A stretch of DNA of 64,000 nt from an uncultured archaeon (GCA_964458565.1 CAYWJO010000006.1:1-64000); one strand, 5' to 3'. Counted from the stretch's first letter, positions 42,273-51,775 are shown. The notes: generated by a model from the sequence alone, not told the origin. A program made the numbers and translations.

Positions 42273-42294
42273 TGAGTGTGTGATCACACACTCA
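42273..42294 (-). terminator. Perfect 22-bp palindrome followed by a T-tract on the minus strand
   Basis: TGAGTGTGTGATCACACACTCA; minus strand continues ATTCTTTTTATT. Confidence 0.6.
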
Positions 42295-42310
42295 TTACAT
42301 CATTATGGTT

Positions 42311-42385
42311 TTAATTTCCGGGCTTGATTGGCGATGGAATCCAAGGCCATTCAGGACTGGTCGGGGGTGTGCCGTATTGTATCAT
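42311..42385 (-). CDS. Putative 24-aa Pro/Trp-rich small peptide MIQYGTPPTSPEWPWIPSPIKPGN
   Basis: Translated by hand; GC-richer island in an AT-rich gap; followed by a terminator-like palindrome; divergent from the CARF-HTH gene. Confidence 0.45.
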   Translation of the reverse strand: MIQYGTPPTSPEWPWIPSPIKPGN

Positions 42386-42535
42386 CCTAATCGAGTTAAC
42401 AGCACATCATTTACTGACAAGTTACTACCCTGCAATTTTACATTTGAAATGAAAGTTGAATTAAAAATGGAAACATTTCTTCAAATACGAAGGTTTATCG
42501 AAGAGTTTTGCAGCGTACCCCATTTGTGTTTGTAG

Positions 42536-43192
42536 TTGAGGAAACGGTTACATATCGCAACACTTGGGCTCCATCGTAACATACTAGTGGAGCACATCAT
42601 AGCCAAACGCGGAGCAGACAAGATTGCAATCATCTATACAGAACAGAACAAAGAAGCTGTAGAAGAGCTCAAGAGAAATAACGAATCCAAGGGAGTACCT
42701 GTAGTAGGAAAAAAGGTAGACGCATGGGATTACTACAATGTACTCTGTGGAATTCTTGAGATAGTTTCTGATCATGAGGATTACGAGATTGAATACAGCA
42801 TATCTTGTGGAACACGCGTAATGACATCAGCTGCATTTCGTGCAGCGCTGTTTACAGATTCTCCAGTCTACTTCGTGACCACACCAGCGGATGTCGAGAT
42901 CGGAGAAATAGTCACAATAGAACCAATCTCGGTTGTAATTCTAACAGAACCGAAAAGAAGAATATTAGAAAGGCTTGAAGAATTGGGAGGTGGAGCAAAA
43001 TCTCAAAGAGAGTTAGGATCGAGAGTTGATCTTGGTGCTAGCTCTATCTCAAAACACCTCAATTCATTGGATGACGCGGGTTATGTGAAACGGAAGAGAG
43101 ATGGTAGGAACTACTTTGTCGAAATCACAGAACTTGGCAAAATTGTGCTCAATTTAAAGGAGTTCAGGAAAGAGAAAGTATGGGGTGAATGA
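42536..43192 (+). CDS. CARF-domain winged-HTH transcriptional regulator (Csa3/DUF6293-like)
   Basis: HIATLG first strand, DKIAIIY, SISCGTR CARF motif; HTH SQRELGSRVDLGASSISKHLNSLDDAGYV...ITELG. Confidence 0.8.
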   Translation: MRKRLHIATLGLHRNILVEHIIAKRGADKIAIIYTEQNKEAVEELKRNNESKGVPVVGKKVDAWDYYNVLCGILEIVSDHEDYEIEYSISCGTRVMTSAAFRAALFTDSPVYFVTTPADVEIGEIVTIEPISVVILTEPKRRILERLEELGGGAKSQRELGSRVDLGASSISKHLNSLDDAGYVKRKRDGRNYFVEITELGKIVLNLKEFRKEKVWGE

Positions 43193-43311
43193 AGGAATCT
43201 AAGAGGGAAAATTCAATCAAACCCCATAGGAGAAGGTTGAGAGGTGTCCCTACTTAGTAGGATAAGCAATCTTTAAGTTGCAATAAAAGCTCATAACGTA
43301 GAGGAGCTGGG

Positions 43312-43564
43312 ATGACAACTATAACTGTCCACATTCCAGATTACACAATCCCCATTACTCAAGGCATCTGGAAAGGGTGTAACGCGATCTGAACTGATAA
43401 ACTCTGTAACATCTTTGAAGGAGCAAGGTGATGAGAAATGGATCAATATTCCAATGAACAAACTCCCAAATCGTATTGATGAGGCAACCAAGTATCTACT
43501 TCGACGCGTAATGATTCGGAAAGACCGGGGAGAAGAGGATGATACTTTCTTTCCTCGAGAATAA
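43312..43564 (+). pseudogene. Small (~83 aa) gene split by a single-base insertion
   Basis: GAGGAG RBS and ATG at 43312; MTTITVHIPDYTIP, then the +1 frame LLKASGKGVTRSELI...FFPRE*; 253 nt = 3n+1; shift at the CCCC run near 43350. Confidence 0.5.
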
Positions 43565-43660
43565 TGCAATGAATCTTTTCTTGATTTGATTACAACGCAG
43601 AATTAGCGTGCTTCAATATTGTAATATACACGCATGCGTTGATGATTATGCTGAGGGTTT

Positions 43661-44011
43661 ATGGACGCATCGAGAATAAGAACTGAGGAAGATTTGAGAG
43701 AGGCCTTAAAGGGACATAGTGAATTTGAGATTGAGGTCTATGTCACTACTTTCAAAATTCCAAAAGGGAAAGTAAGTACCTATAGTAGAATTGCCAAGTT
43801 GGTAGGACGCCCAAAAGCATTCCGTGCAGTTGCGAATACGCTCAATAAGTGTTCTTTGTGGCCTATCGTTCCATGCCATCGTGTTGTGGCTTCAAACGGA
43901 CGTTTCACAGGAACTGAGAAAGGTGCAGCGAGTAGAAGAAAACTAATCCGTGATGAGGGTGTTCCGATAAAAGGTGGACGAGTAGTAATCAGTGATGATA
44001 TATTGTTCTGA
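43661..44011 (+). CDS. ogt: Methylated-DNA-protein-cysteine methyltransferase (MGMT C-terminal domain)
   Basis: IPKGKVSTYSRIA, RAVA, PCHRVV. Confidence 0.85.
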   Translation: MDASRIRTEEDLREALKGHSEFEIEVYVTTFKIPKGKVSTYSRIAKLVGRPKAFRAVANTLNKCSLWPIVPCHRVVASNGRFTGTEKGAASRRKLIRDEGVPIKGGRVVISDDILF

Positions 44012-44173
44012 CATGCGAAACAAACACTATGCCCTTCGTCAACTAATTAGTGATAGAAGCACAAATCTTCGAGGATTACTCATGAGATATATGGAATAAG
44101 CAGAGTTTTCTATTACCCTACATCAAAATCTCCATGTACAAGTGATTGGTATTAAGAAAATGGAGGAAAAATC

Positions 44174-45538
44174 TTGATACACCCTATTGATTATCGATAC
44201 AAAGTAGATGAGCTGGAGGATTATATTGCACCAAATGCGTTGATGCGATATCAACTGCGTGTGGAGATAGCCTACATTGAAGCACTATCGAATGCGGGAG
44301 TATGCTCTAATATTGTGTTTAAGGAGTATGAAGAAGCTGAGAAGAGGGTAAAACTCGATAGAGTGTTGGAATTGGAGAAAACATTGAAACACGATGTTAG
44401 ATCTATGGTAGAGGCATTGAGAGAACAAGTTTCTCCTGAGGCGAAACCATATTGTCATCTGGGACTGACATCATATGATATTGTAGTAAATGCCAACGCA
44501 CTGATTATTCGAGACGTTACAACCAATCTAATTCTTCCCGCTTTGAAGGGACTCATAACCCGACTCATCAATATTGCTCGAGAAACCAGAGATGTCGTTC
44601 AAATTGGCAGAACACATGGTCAGCATGCTGAACCAACGACTTTTGGTTATGTTATTGCGAATTATATAGAACGAATTGGTAGGGGGTATCAGCTAATCCA
44701 GGATGCGCAATCAAGATTCAGAGGAAAAATCGCGGGAGCTGTGGGGACTAAAGCAGCTATCGATATTATAGGAGATGCCAGAAAAATCGAAGCCGATACC
44801 CTTGCAGTATTGAAACTGCCAAGAGTTGAAGCCCCAAGTCAAATAGCGAATCAAGAGGAGTTAGCCAATTACTATAGTCAGTTGGTCATCCTCCTAGGTA
44901 CTCTTTCTGACTTAGCTAATGATTTTCGCCAACTTCAGCGAACTGAGATTTCAGAGGTTTTCGAACAAACAAATGATCACCAGGTTGGGTCTTCCACTAT
45001 GCCACAGAAGAGGAACCCAATTGGATGGGAAAATATCATTTCTCATTACAAGACGATAATTCCGAGACTCATCACTTCTTATCTGAATATTATCTCTGAA
45101 CATCAGCGGGACCTTACTGATTCAGCTGCAAACAGGTATCTCTTGGCTGAGATGCTGAATACGTTTCTATATTGTGTCATACGTGCTACTCATCTACTTG
45201 AGAGACTTGGAATCGATTCGAAACGAATGCGAGAGAATATTCTTACAAATGACTTCCTCGAACTAGCAGAACCCGCGTATATCATCTTGTCGCTCCATGG
45301 AGAAGAGAATGCGTATGATCTTGTCAGAGGATTGGCAAGAGAAGCACGTGATACGGGTAAATCATTCAAAGAGTTACTTCATAGAAACGAATCATTTAGA
45401 AAGCAACTCGAATCATTCACAACTGCTCAAAAAGAGGTGTTTGAGGACTCATCCAAATACATTGGAGGTGCATCTGAGATTACAGAGTCGGTTTGCGGGT
45501 TATGGGAAGGAGTTCTCGAGGAGAGTAAAAACGACTAA
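44174..45538 (+). CDS. purB: Adenylosuccinate lyase
   Basis: HDV, HLGLTSYD, GRTHGQHAEPTTFG, GSSTMPQKRNP. Confidence 0.95.
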   Translation: MIHPIDYRYKVDELEDYIAPNALMRYQLRVEIAYIEALSNAGVCSNIVFKEYEEAEKRVKLDRVLELEKTLKHDVRSMVEALREQVSPEAKPYCHLGLTSYDIVVNANALIIRDVTTNLILPALKGLITRLINIARETRDVVQIGRTHGQHAEPTTFGYVIANYIERIGRGYQLIQDAQSRFRGKIAGAVGTKAAIDIIGDARKIEADTLAVLKLPRVEAPSQIANQEELANYYSQLVILLGTLSDLANDFRQLQRTEISEVFEQTNDHQVGSSTMPQKRNPIGWENIISHYKTIIPRLITSYLNIISEHQRDLTDSAANRYLLAEMLNTFLYCVIRATHLLERLGIDSKRMRENILTNDFLELAEPAYIILSLHGEENAYDLVRGLAREARDTGKSFKELLHRNESFRKQLESFTTAQKEVFEDSSKYIGGASEITESVCGLWEGVLEESKND

Positions 45539-46800
45539 TGCCATCAGTTGTTATTGTCGGAGCCCAGTGGGGTGACGAAGGTAAGGGAAAAATAGTAGAC
45601 TTCTGTGCAAAGGATGCAGACTGTGTTGTCCGCTATCAGGGAGGCGCAAATGCAGGTCACACCATAATTGCCGATGGTAGGACACTCAAGCTTCAAATTC
45701 TACCCTCTGGCGTTCTGTATAGCAAGCAACTATTGATTGGAGCCGGTGTTGTAATAGACCTTCAAATACTGTCTAATGAGATTGAACAGGTGAAGTCGTT
45801 AGGAATCGATGTGAACTTGGTGATATCAGGAAAAGCACATGTGACGCTACCATATCACAATGCCCTCGACCAAAAGTGGGAAATATCCAGAGAGGAGAAG
45901 AAGATCGGTACTACTGGACATGGAATCGGTCCAACTTATGCAGACAAAATGAGAAGACACGGAGTCCGTATGGAAGAACTGACTCGTGAAGACTACCAAG
46001 AAAAGATCAGAATAAACATAAACATTGCAAACAAGATTCTTCACCACATTTTGAATGATGATCAGTATATCGACTTTGATGAGATTATGAGGTATATTCG
46101 TGAAGTGGGTCCTCGAATGAGGGATTATATAGGAGATGTCAGCAAAATAGTTAATGAAGCACTGGATAATGAACAAAATGTTCTATTTGAGGGCGCTCAA
46201 GCAACCATGCTGGATATAGACCATGGTACATACCCATATGTGACATCATCAAACCCTATTGCGGGAGGAGCATGTACAGGAGTCGGTGTTGGACCAACCA
46301 GAATTGACCAAGTCCTTGGTATCTGCAAAGCATACACAACTCGGGTTGGAGCAGGTCCATTCCCAACAGAATTAATTGGTCCAATAGGCGAAAAGCTCCA
46401 AGTTGTCGGAAAAGAATTTGGCACCGTTACAGGTCGACCACGAAGGTGTGGATGGCTTGATCTGAACATGATAAGGTATGCAAAGAGAATCAACGGACTT
46501 ACAGGTCTCGCATTAACGAAGATGGATGTATTGAATGGTTTTGACAAAGTGAAAGTATGTAATTCATACCTTATTGATGGTATAGAAACAGAAAACGTTC
46601 CAATTCAAGACCTCGAAAGATGCAAACCAATCTATTTCGAACTTGATGGTTGGAACTCTCTGTTTGAAGGAAACGTCCTGTGTCAAGAAGCAAAAGAATA
46701 CGTTAAGAAAATCGAAGAAATTGTTGGAATACCTATCTATTACATATCAACAGGTCCCGGGAGAGAAGAAATAATATGTCTAAGAAACGTGTGGTCATAG
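45538..46800 (+). CDS. purA: Adenylosuccinate synthetase
   Basis: GAQWGDEGKGK, GGANAGHT, EGAQ...DHGTYPYVTSS, EFGTVTGRPRRCGWLD. Confidence 0.97.
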   Translation: MPSVVIVGAQWGDEGKGKIVDFCAKDADCVVRYQGGANAGHTIIADGRTLKLQILPSGVLYSKQLLIGAGVVIDLQILSNEIEQVKSLGIDVNLVISGKAHVTLPYHNALDQKWEISREEKKIGTTGHGIGPTYADKMRRHGVRMEELTREDYQEKIRININIANKILHHILNDDQYIDFDEIMRYIREVGPRMRDYIGDVSKIVNEALDNEQNVLFEGAQATMLDIDHGTYPYVTSSNPIAGGACTGVGVGPTRIDQVLGICKAYTTRVGAGPFPTELIGPIGEKLQVVGKEFGTVTGRPRRCGWLDLNMIRYAKRINGLTGLALTKMDVLNGFDKVKVCNSYLIDGIETENVPIQDLERCKPIYFELDGWNSLFEGNVLCQEAKEYVKKIEEIVGIPIYYISTGPGREEIICLRNVWS

Positions 46801-48134
46801 TTGGAGGCGGCCCAGCTGGCCTCTTTGCGGCACGCAAACTAGCAAATCAAGCAGATGTGACGATTCTAGATGCTGGAAAAATACCGAGTCAGCGTAATTG
46901 CCCATCTCAACAGACATTGATATGTCATAAATGCAATCCTTGCAATGTGGTAGCAGGTTTTGGTGGAGCAGGGCTTCTCTCATCAGGCCTCTTGAATCTT
47001 ACTACGGACATCGGGTTTCCTGATAAGACCATAGAATCTATAGGACGAGAGAACGCGGAGAAACTCATCAAAGAAGCGGATCAGACTTTTCTTGACTATG
47101 GTGCTCCGAAATCGTCCTTCGATCCAGACGAGAGATTCAATTGTTGGGAGCGTAGGGCAGCTCAAGCAGGCTTGAAGTTCGTTGTAGCAAAGCAACGTCT
47201 AATTGGCACTGATAATTCCACACCATTAATAGAGTCATTTATTGAGCACCTGAAGAAAATGGGTGTAAGCATCGACTCGAGAAGAAGAGTAGAGGAAGTT
47301 CAAGAGAGACGGGTGATAACTGACAAGGGAGTCTATGAATTCGATATGTGTCTGTTAGCTCCTGGAAGATATGGAATGCAATGGTTAGCTAAGACACTTG
47401 AGAGGTTAGGAGTGAAGTTGTATCATTCACCTGTAGATCTAGGAGTCAGAGTAGAGGTTCCCTCAATGATTATGGAGAATTTGTGTTCATTACAAAGAGA
47501 TCCAAAGATTTTGATGCGTTCGCAGAGTTATGATGATCAGGTTCGAACATTTTGTGTGAATCATAATGGATGGGTTGTGCGAGAGCAGTACGACACTCAT
47601 GCTTGTGTTAATGGCCATTCGTTCTCAAACAAGAAGTCCGGTAACACAAATTTTGCATTTCTGGTGAAGGTACATCTCACAAAACCTACTGAGGATACTA
47701 CAAAATATGCAAGAACAATAGCTGAACAAGTGACACTTCTTGGTGGTGGAAAACCGATAGTCCAAAGAATTGCAGATCTAGAGAATTACAGGCGGTCGAC
47801 ACCGGAACGCATCAGAAATGCGAACATCGTACCAACCTTACAAGATGTTACACCAGGCGATCTCTCAATGGTATTTCCCAAACGAATCACCGACAATATA
47901 ATGGAAGGCCTTCAGAGCCTCAATAATATGATTCCGGGTATTTATGCAGGAACGACCCTGTTGTATGCACCAGAGATAAAGTATAGTGCCATGACAGTTG
48001 AAACGAACAAACACTTTGAAACTCCTGTTGAGGGAATTTACGTTGCGGGGGATGGTGCTGGACTGAGTAGAGGAATCGTTCCTGCAGCAGTAACTGGTCT
48101 ATGGACTGCAGAAGATATGCTCACAAGACTCTGA
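46776..48134 (+). CDS. FAD-dependent oxidoreductase (COG2509-like)
   Basis: IVGGGPAG, CxxCxPC, GFGGAG, GVRVE, VRTFC, VNGHS, YAPEIK, GDGAG. Confidence 0.85.
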   Translation: MSKKRVVIVGGGPAGLFAARKLANQADVTILDAGKIPSQRNCPSQQTLICHKCNPCNVVAGFGGAGLLSSGLLNLTTDIGFPDKTIESIGRENAEKLIKEADQTFLDYGAPKSSFDPDERFNCWERRAAQAGLKFVVAKQRLIGTDNSTPLIESFIEHLKKMGVSIDSRRRVEEVQERRVITDKGVYEFDMCLLAPGRYGMQWLAKTLERLGVKLYHSPVDLGVRVEVPSMIMENLCSLQRDPKILMRSQSYDDQVRTFCVNHNGWVVREQYDTHACVNGHSFSNKKSGNTNFAFLVKVHLTKPTEDTTKYARTIAEQVTLLGGGKPIVQRIADLENYRRSTPERIRNANIVPTLQDVTPGDLSMVFPKRITDNIMEGLQSLNNMIPGIYAGTTLLYAPEIKYSAMTVETNKHFETPVEGIYVAGDGAGLSRGIVPAAVTGLWTAEDMLTRL

Positions 48135-48146
48135 CCAATATTGGAA

Positions 48147-48338
48147 TTACTCGATGACAGGTAGCGTTATCCTGAATGTTGCTCCCTTATTGGTCGTACT
48201 TCGATCAAGTTCGATAAAGCCCCCACAAGCGATAATTATTTGTCGGGTAAGATATAAACCAAGACCGTTTTCCCTACTTGGATCACTTCTATTGAATTCA
48301 TCTATACTGATTGATTGTATGTCTGGGTAATCCTCAAT
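48147..48338 (-). pseudogene. C-terminal remnant of a histidine-kinase HATPase domain
   Basis: Hand translation: ...ENGLGLYLTRQIIIACGGFIELDRSTTNKGATFRITLPVIE* (G2 box and GxTFxIxLP end); no start codon or H-box. Confidence 0.75.
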
Positions 48339-48339
48339 A

Positions 48340-49692
48340 TCAAGATAACTGTTTTATTTCCTCCTTCAGGAGTTGAATTATATTTCTAATTGTTTGCATT
48401 TTTTTTATATCAGGATTTTTTTGAACCTCTTTGAATATAGGGGAATCTGCAAATTGATCACCATCTATCTCTAATATTGCACAATAAAGCAAGAAAAGAA
48501 TTGATTTCAAATAACCAGCTATATGAGACTCTCGTTCTTCCTCGGACCATGTTTCGTCTGAAATATTCATTGAAAAAGGATCTCGAAGAAGTCTTGGAGA
48601 GATGCGTCCAATAGAGAGCGGATGCTTGAAGCTGGTGGTGATAATCTGTAAAGATGGCTTCACACCTCGCAAAAACTCAATATAGGTTGCAACCCCATCA
48701 TGTGGATTTTCATAAAAAGCAGAAACAATCATTTCGATCTGTGGAATGATTCGTTTTGTAAGGTCTAGAGCAAAGGCTGAGAGACCCTTCCTATCTAGAC
48801 CGCTTATTTTATACTGTTGCTCGTCGTCCTGCAGATTTAATTCACTTCTACGATTACCAGATATGAAAAATAAACCCCTCTGGCCAACATCTCTTCCATG
48901 ATCATGGTCATCGGCATATGATACGATGACACTCCATCCATTCGATGCAAAGAATGAAGGAGCATCGTCTTTCTCCATCCCCCATTTGAAGTGCATCATA
49001 AAGGGACCAAACTTAGCATCAGCCAATCCGGGAACACAAAAATCTGCGAAGATTTGGCTATTCGAAGAACTGAGTTCATGGAGTATTTGCAGAAGAGTAA
49101 CTACCTCTTTCCGGTCGAGATAGTAGGCTATGCCTTCTAGAATCCAAAATGTAGGTGTCTCTTTCGAGAATCCCCTATCTAGAAGTTGTCTAGGCCATTC
49201 CGAATGTAAAATATTCGATGATATCCGCTCAAGTTTACAAAGAGGCGTTTTATCATGCAAAACCTGTTCTTTGTATCTGTTGATAACCGGAAAATCCAGT
49301 TCGAATATGATGTGCTTGTATTTTCTCAATGGCTCGAAACGATAAGCACGGGTATCTAATCCAGAACCTATTAGAACAATTTGAGAGATGGTATGACTTT
49401 CACACCACAGACGGAGTAATGTGTTTTCTATGTAATAGGAACGAATTACTGGATAATCACCTGTTCTTTCAAGGTGAGATTCGAAATATGACGACATATC
49501 ACCTGCGAGTAATTTCGCATAAGGATCAAGAAGTAGTGGATTCACCCGCTCGCTCTCTTTGAATCGGTAATACGCAGTGAGACGAGCTGTGAATGGCACT
49601 GCATCACTGCTTGAATCAATCTCATGTTTGGATTGATGTCTTGAGCCTTTCATCCGACAATCCACTATAGAAGGAAGGATATCTGTAGACAA
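48340..49692 (-). CDS. SAM-dependent methyltransferase, LCM/TIGR00027-like, with a C-terminal extension
   Basis: TARLTAYYR, DPYA, QIVLIGSGLDTRAYR, FELDFP, PTFWILEG. Confidence 0.85.
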   Translation of the reverse strand: MSTDILPSIVDCRMKGSRHQSKHEIDSSSDAVPFTARLTAYYRFKESERVNPLLLDPYAKLLAGDMSSYFESHLERTGDYPVIRSYYIENTLLRLWCESHTISQIVLIGSGLDTRAYRFEPLRKYKHIIFELDFPVINRYKEQVLHDKTPLCKLERISSNILHSEWPRQLLDRGFSKETPTFWILEGIAYYLDRKEVVTLLQILHELSSSNSQIFADFCVPGLADAKFGPFMMHFKWGMEKDDAPSFFASNGWSVIVSYADDHDHGRDVGQRGLFFISGNRRSELNLQDDEQQYKISGLDRKGLSAFALDLTKRIIPQIEMIVSAFYENPHDGVATYIEFLRGVKPSLQIITTSFKHPLSIGRISPRLLRDPFSMNISDETWSEEERESHIAGYLKSILFLLYCAILEIDGDQFADSPIFKEVQKNPDIKKMQTIRNIIQLLKEEIKQLS

Positions 49693-49705
49693 AACTGTTT
49701 CTTAT

Positions 49706-50533
49706 CTAAGTATTTGCACCTTCTAAGAGCCAATTACAGATTCGGAACATAAAATCCCATTCGGAGTCAGGATCTGTTAGCGTGTCCCATGTTTCAACAT
49801 TATCTCTCATACTGCCTTCTTCATATTCAGGATGTGGACTGGACAGAAATACTCGTCCATTCCCATAGTCAAAAGAAATCATACATGGCAGACCAGTATC
49901 AGTGTAAGTACAGATTGGAGTTATACCCGTCATATTTACAGCCTCGAAATAACCTGATGCTTCATAGAGTAATGTATAGGATTCCTGTTCGTCTGATAAG
50001 TCGGGCTGCATCGAATTTGTATTCACATTAACTTCCAGAAGATAGGTTTCAGATCCATTCGAATCTGGCCAGAAAGTCCCATGGAAAATGTCCAAACGCC
50101 ATGCGGTCGCATATGATGCACCCCCATCAATTCCAAAATATGCACCGCCATTCGCGATAAACTGGCGAATCGCGTTCTTCGCTAATGAACCAAGAATCTC
50201 GCAACGCTCAGTACACCAACAGCCACCTGGCATGACAATAATATCGTAATTTCCGAGTGTTCCATTTAATATGACGCTTTCATCAATTATTGTGACATCC
50301 GCACCCATCCATTCAAACATACTAACGAGAGCGGCTCTACTTGATGCTCTAATCCCTCTATCAGTATAGACAGCAGCTTTAGCACCATCCATGAGATCTA
50401 TTGTAGTTTGTGTTGTCGTTTGTGTCGTACTATCGTCAGGGATAGTCGGTAATGATGTGAAAATGAGTGCAATAGCGACCATAGTTATCACTCCGGTCGC
50501 AATGATACCCAGAAAGATTGGTTTTTGTTGCAT
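49706..50533 (-). CDS. Membrane-anchored BPL-N / class I glutamine-amidotransferase-like protein
   Basis: N-terminal TM and Thr-rich linker; AAVY, MPGG, FIANGGAYFGIDGG, YGNGRVFLSSPHPE. Confidence 0.75.
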   Translation of the reverse strand: MQQKPIFLGIIATGVITMVAIALIFTSLPTIPDDSTTQTTTQTTIDLMDGAKAAVYTDRGIRASSRAALVSMFEWMGADVTIIDESVILNGTLGNYDIIVMPGGCWCTERCEILGSLAKNAIRQFIANGGAYFGIDGGASYATAWRLDIFHGTFWPDSNGSETYLLEVNVNTNSMQPDLSDEQESYTLLYEASGYFEAVNMTGITPICTYTDTGLPCMISFDYGNGRVFLSSPHPEYEEGSMRDNVETWDTLTDPDSEWDFMFRICNWLLEGANT

Positions 50534-50729
50534 ATAGAACTACCTCTCAACCTTCGCGTATAATATCATAAATATTCGCTATATTAAACAGACTTATTGA
50601 AGCATCATATCAAAAATGATAATTGCATTTTGAGGAGAGCATATATTTCTTCGAAGTAACTTGAAATAAAATCAAGAGGTTGGGTTTACGTTCCCTGATA
50701 AAGAAAACATTGCAGCCTTCCAACAGAAA

Positions 50730-51503
50730 GTGATGGAATGGTGGAAAGAGAATAAACGGGATTTGCCATGGAGAAGAAATCCCACACCATACCAGGTCTT
50801 GGTTTCTGAAGTGATGCTTCAGCAAACTCAAGTGAATCGTGTTATCTTGAAATACAATGAGTTTCTCCAAGAATTTCCATCCCTAGAGGCGCTAGCTAAC
50901 GCGAATAACAGAGATGTATTGCGGGTCTGGAGTGGATTGGGATATAATCGAAGGGCTCTATGGCTTAAAGAAGCTGCTAAAGAAATTGTCAAGCTTGAGA
51001 AGTTTCCTCAATCTGTAGAACATCTTCGCAAATTGAAAGGGATTGGACCATATACGTCCAAGTCGATTTTGATATTTGCATTCAATGCGGACCTCGCAGC
51101 AGTTGATACAAATATTAGGCGTGTCTTAATAGCTGCTGGTTTTGCAACACGAGAGATGTCACCTAGCCAGATTCAGAGGATAGCGGATGAAATGGTATTA
51201 GAAGGACGGGCAAGTGATTGGCATAACGCATTGATGGACTACGGTTCTGAAGTACTTACATCGAGCTCGACTGGCATTCCACCTCTAACATCTCAGTCAT
51301 GTTTTGAAGGCTCCAATCGCCAGATTCGAGGCGCAATTCTTCGGCTATTGACATATAGTCAATCTATGTCTCATTCAGACCTTATTCAACGGTTGGAGCT
51401 TGAAAAGTGCAATAATGAACAAATAAGTCAGACAATAGAACAATTGATTCAAGAGAACATCATTGAAGAAACGTCTTATGGCAGATACATGATAACAAAT
51501 TAA
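50730..51503 (+). CDS. mutY: HhH-GPD A/G-specific adenine glycosylase, MutY-like, lacking the Fe-S motif
   Basis: RDLPWR, VSEVMLQQT, WSGLGYNRRA, KGIGPYT, VDTNIRRV, ALMDYG. Confidence 0.8.
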   Translation: MMEWWKENKRDLPWRRNPTPYQVLVSEVMLQQTQVNRVILKYNEFLQEFPSLEALANANNRDVLRVWSGLGYNRRALWLKEAAKEIVKLEKFPQSVEHLRKLKGIGPYTSKSILIFAFNADLAAVDTNIRRVLIAAGFATREMSPSQIQRIADEMVLEGRASDWHNALMDYGSEVLTSSSTGIPPLTSQSCFEGSNRQIRGAILRLLTYSQSMSHSDLIQRLELEKCNNEQISQTIEQLIQENIIEETSYGRYMITN

Positions 51504-51550
51504 GAAGTCAAGCTGGATCATTACATACCTTGGATACTTAGGTGGAGTAT

Positions 51551-51775
51551 TTACCTAAATGTTGACAGAGCATCTTTTAGGCGGGTTTTGAAGCCTTCAC
51601 TGTCCTCCTCAAGACGCTTCCTTACCAACTTCCACGTTGCTGCACAATTTTTATAGTCAACACTCAACATTTCATGAATTATCTCATCGATAGCCCTTTT
51701 GTTCTCTTTTGTTACTTCAACACCAATATCGTCGAAAAGCTCAATCATTCTTGAATTCCTGAAGTAACAGGTCAT
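51551..51775 (-). CDS. Small conserved hypothetical protein (paralog of 62142-62357)
   Basis: MTCYFR...GVEVTKENK..ID..IHE...V.YKNC...WKLV. Confidence 0.8.
   Translation of the reverse strand: MTCYFRNSRMIELFDDIGVEVTKENKRAIDEIIHEMLSVDYKNCAATWKLVRKRLEEDSEGFKTRLKDALSTFR

Noticed and set aside
42326-42395. GGCGATGGAATCC resembling the 5' end of a fluoride riboswitch
   Set aside because: No matching TCGCC stem or downstream TGAYTCCTAC pseudoknot strand, and the downstream gene is not fluoride-related
42305-42535. Plus-strand 76-aa ORF
   Set aside because: Non-protein-like; spans the AT-rich promoter and is antisense to the better-supported peptide ORF
42536-43192. CRISPR-Cas locus implied by the CARF protein
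   Set aside because: No cas genes, cyclase or array in the window
43291-43569. Minus-strand 92-aa ORF
   Set aside because: Antisense shadow of the frameshifted plus-strand gene
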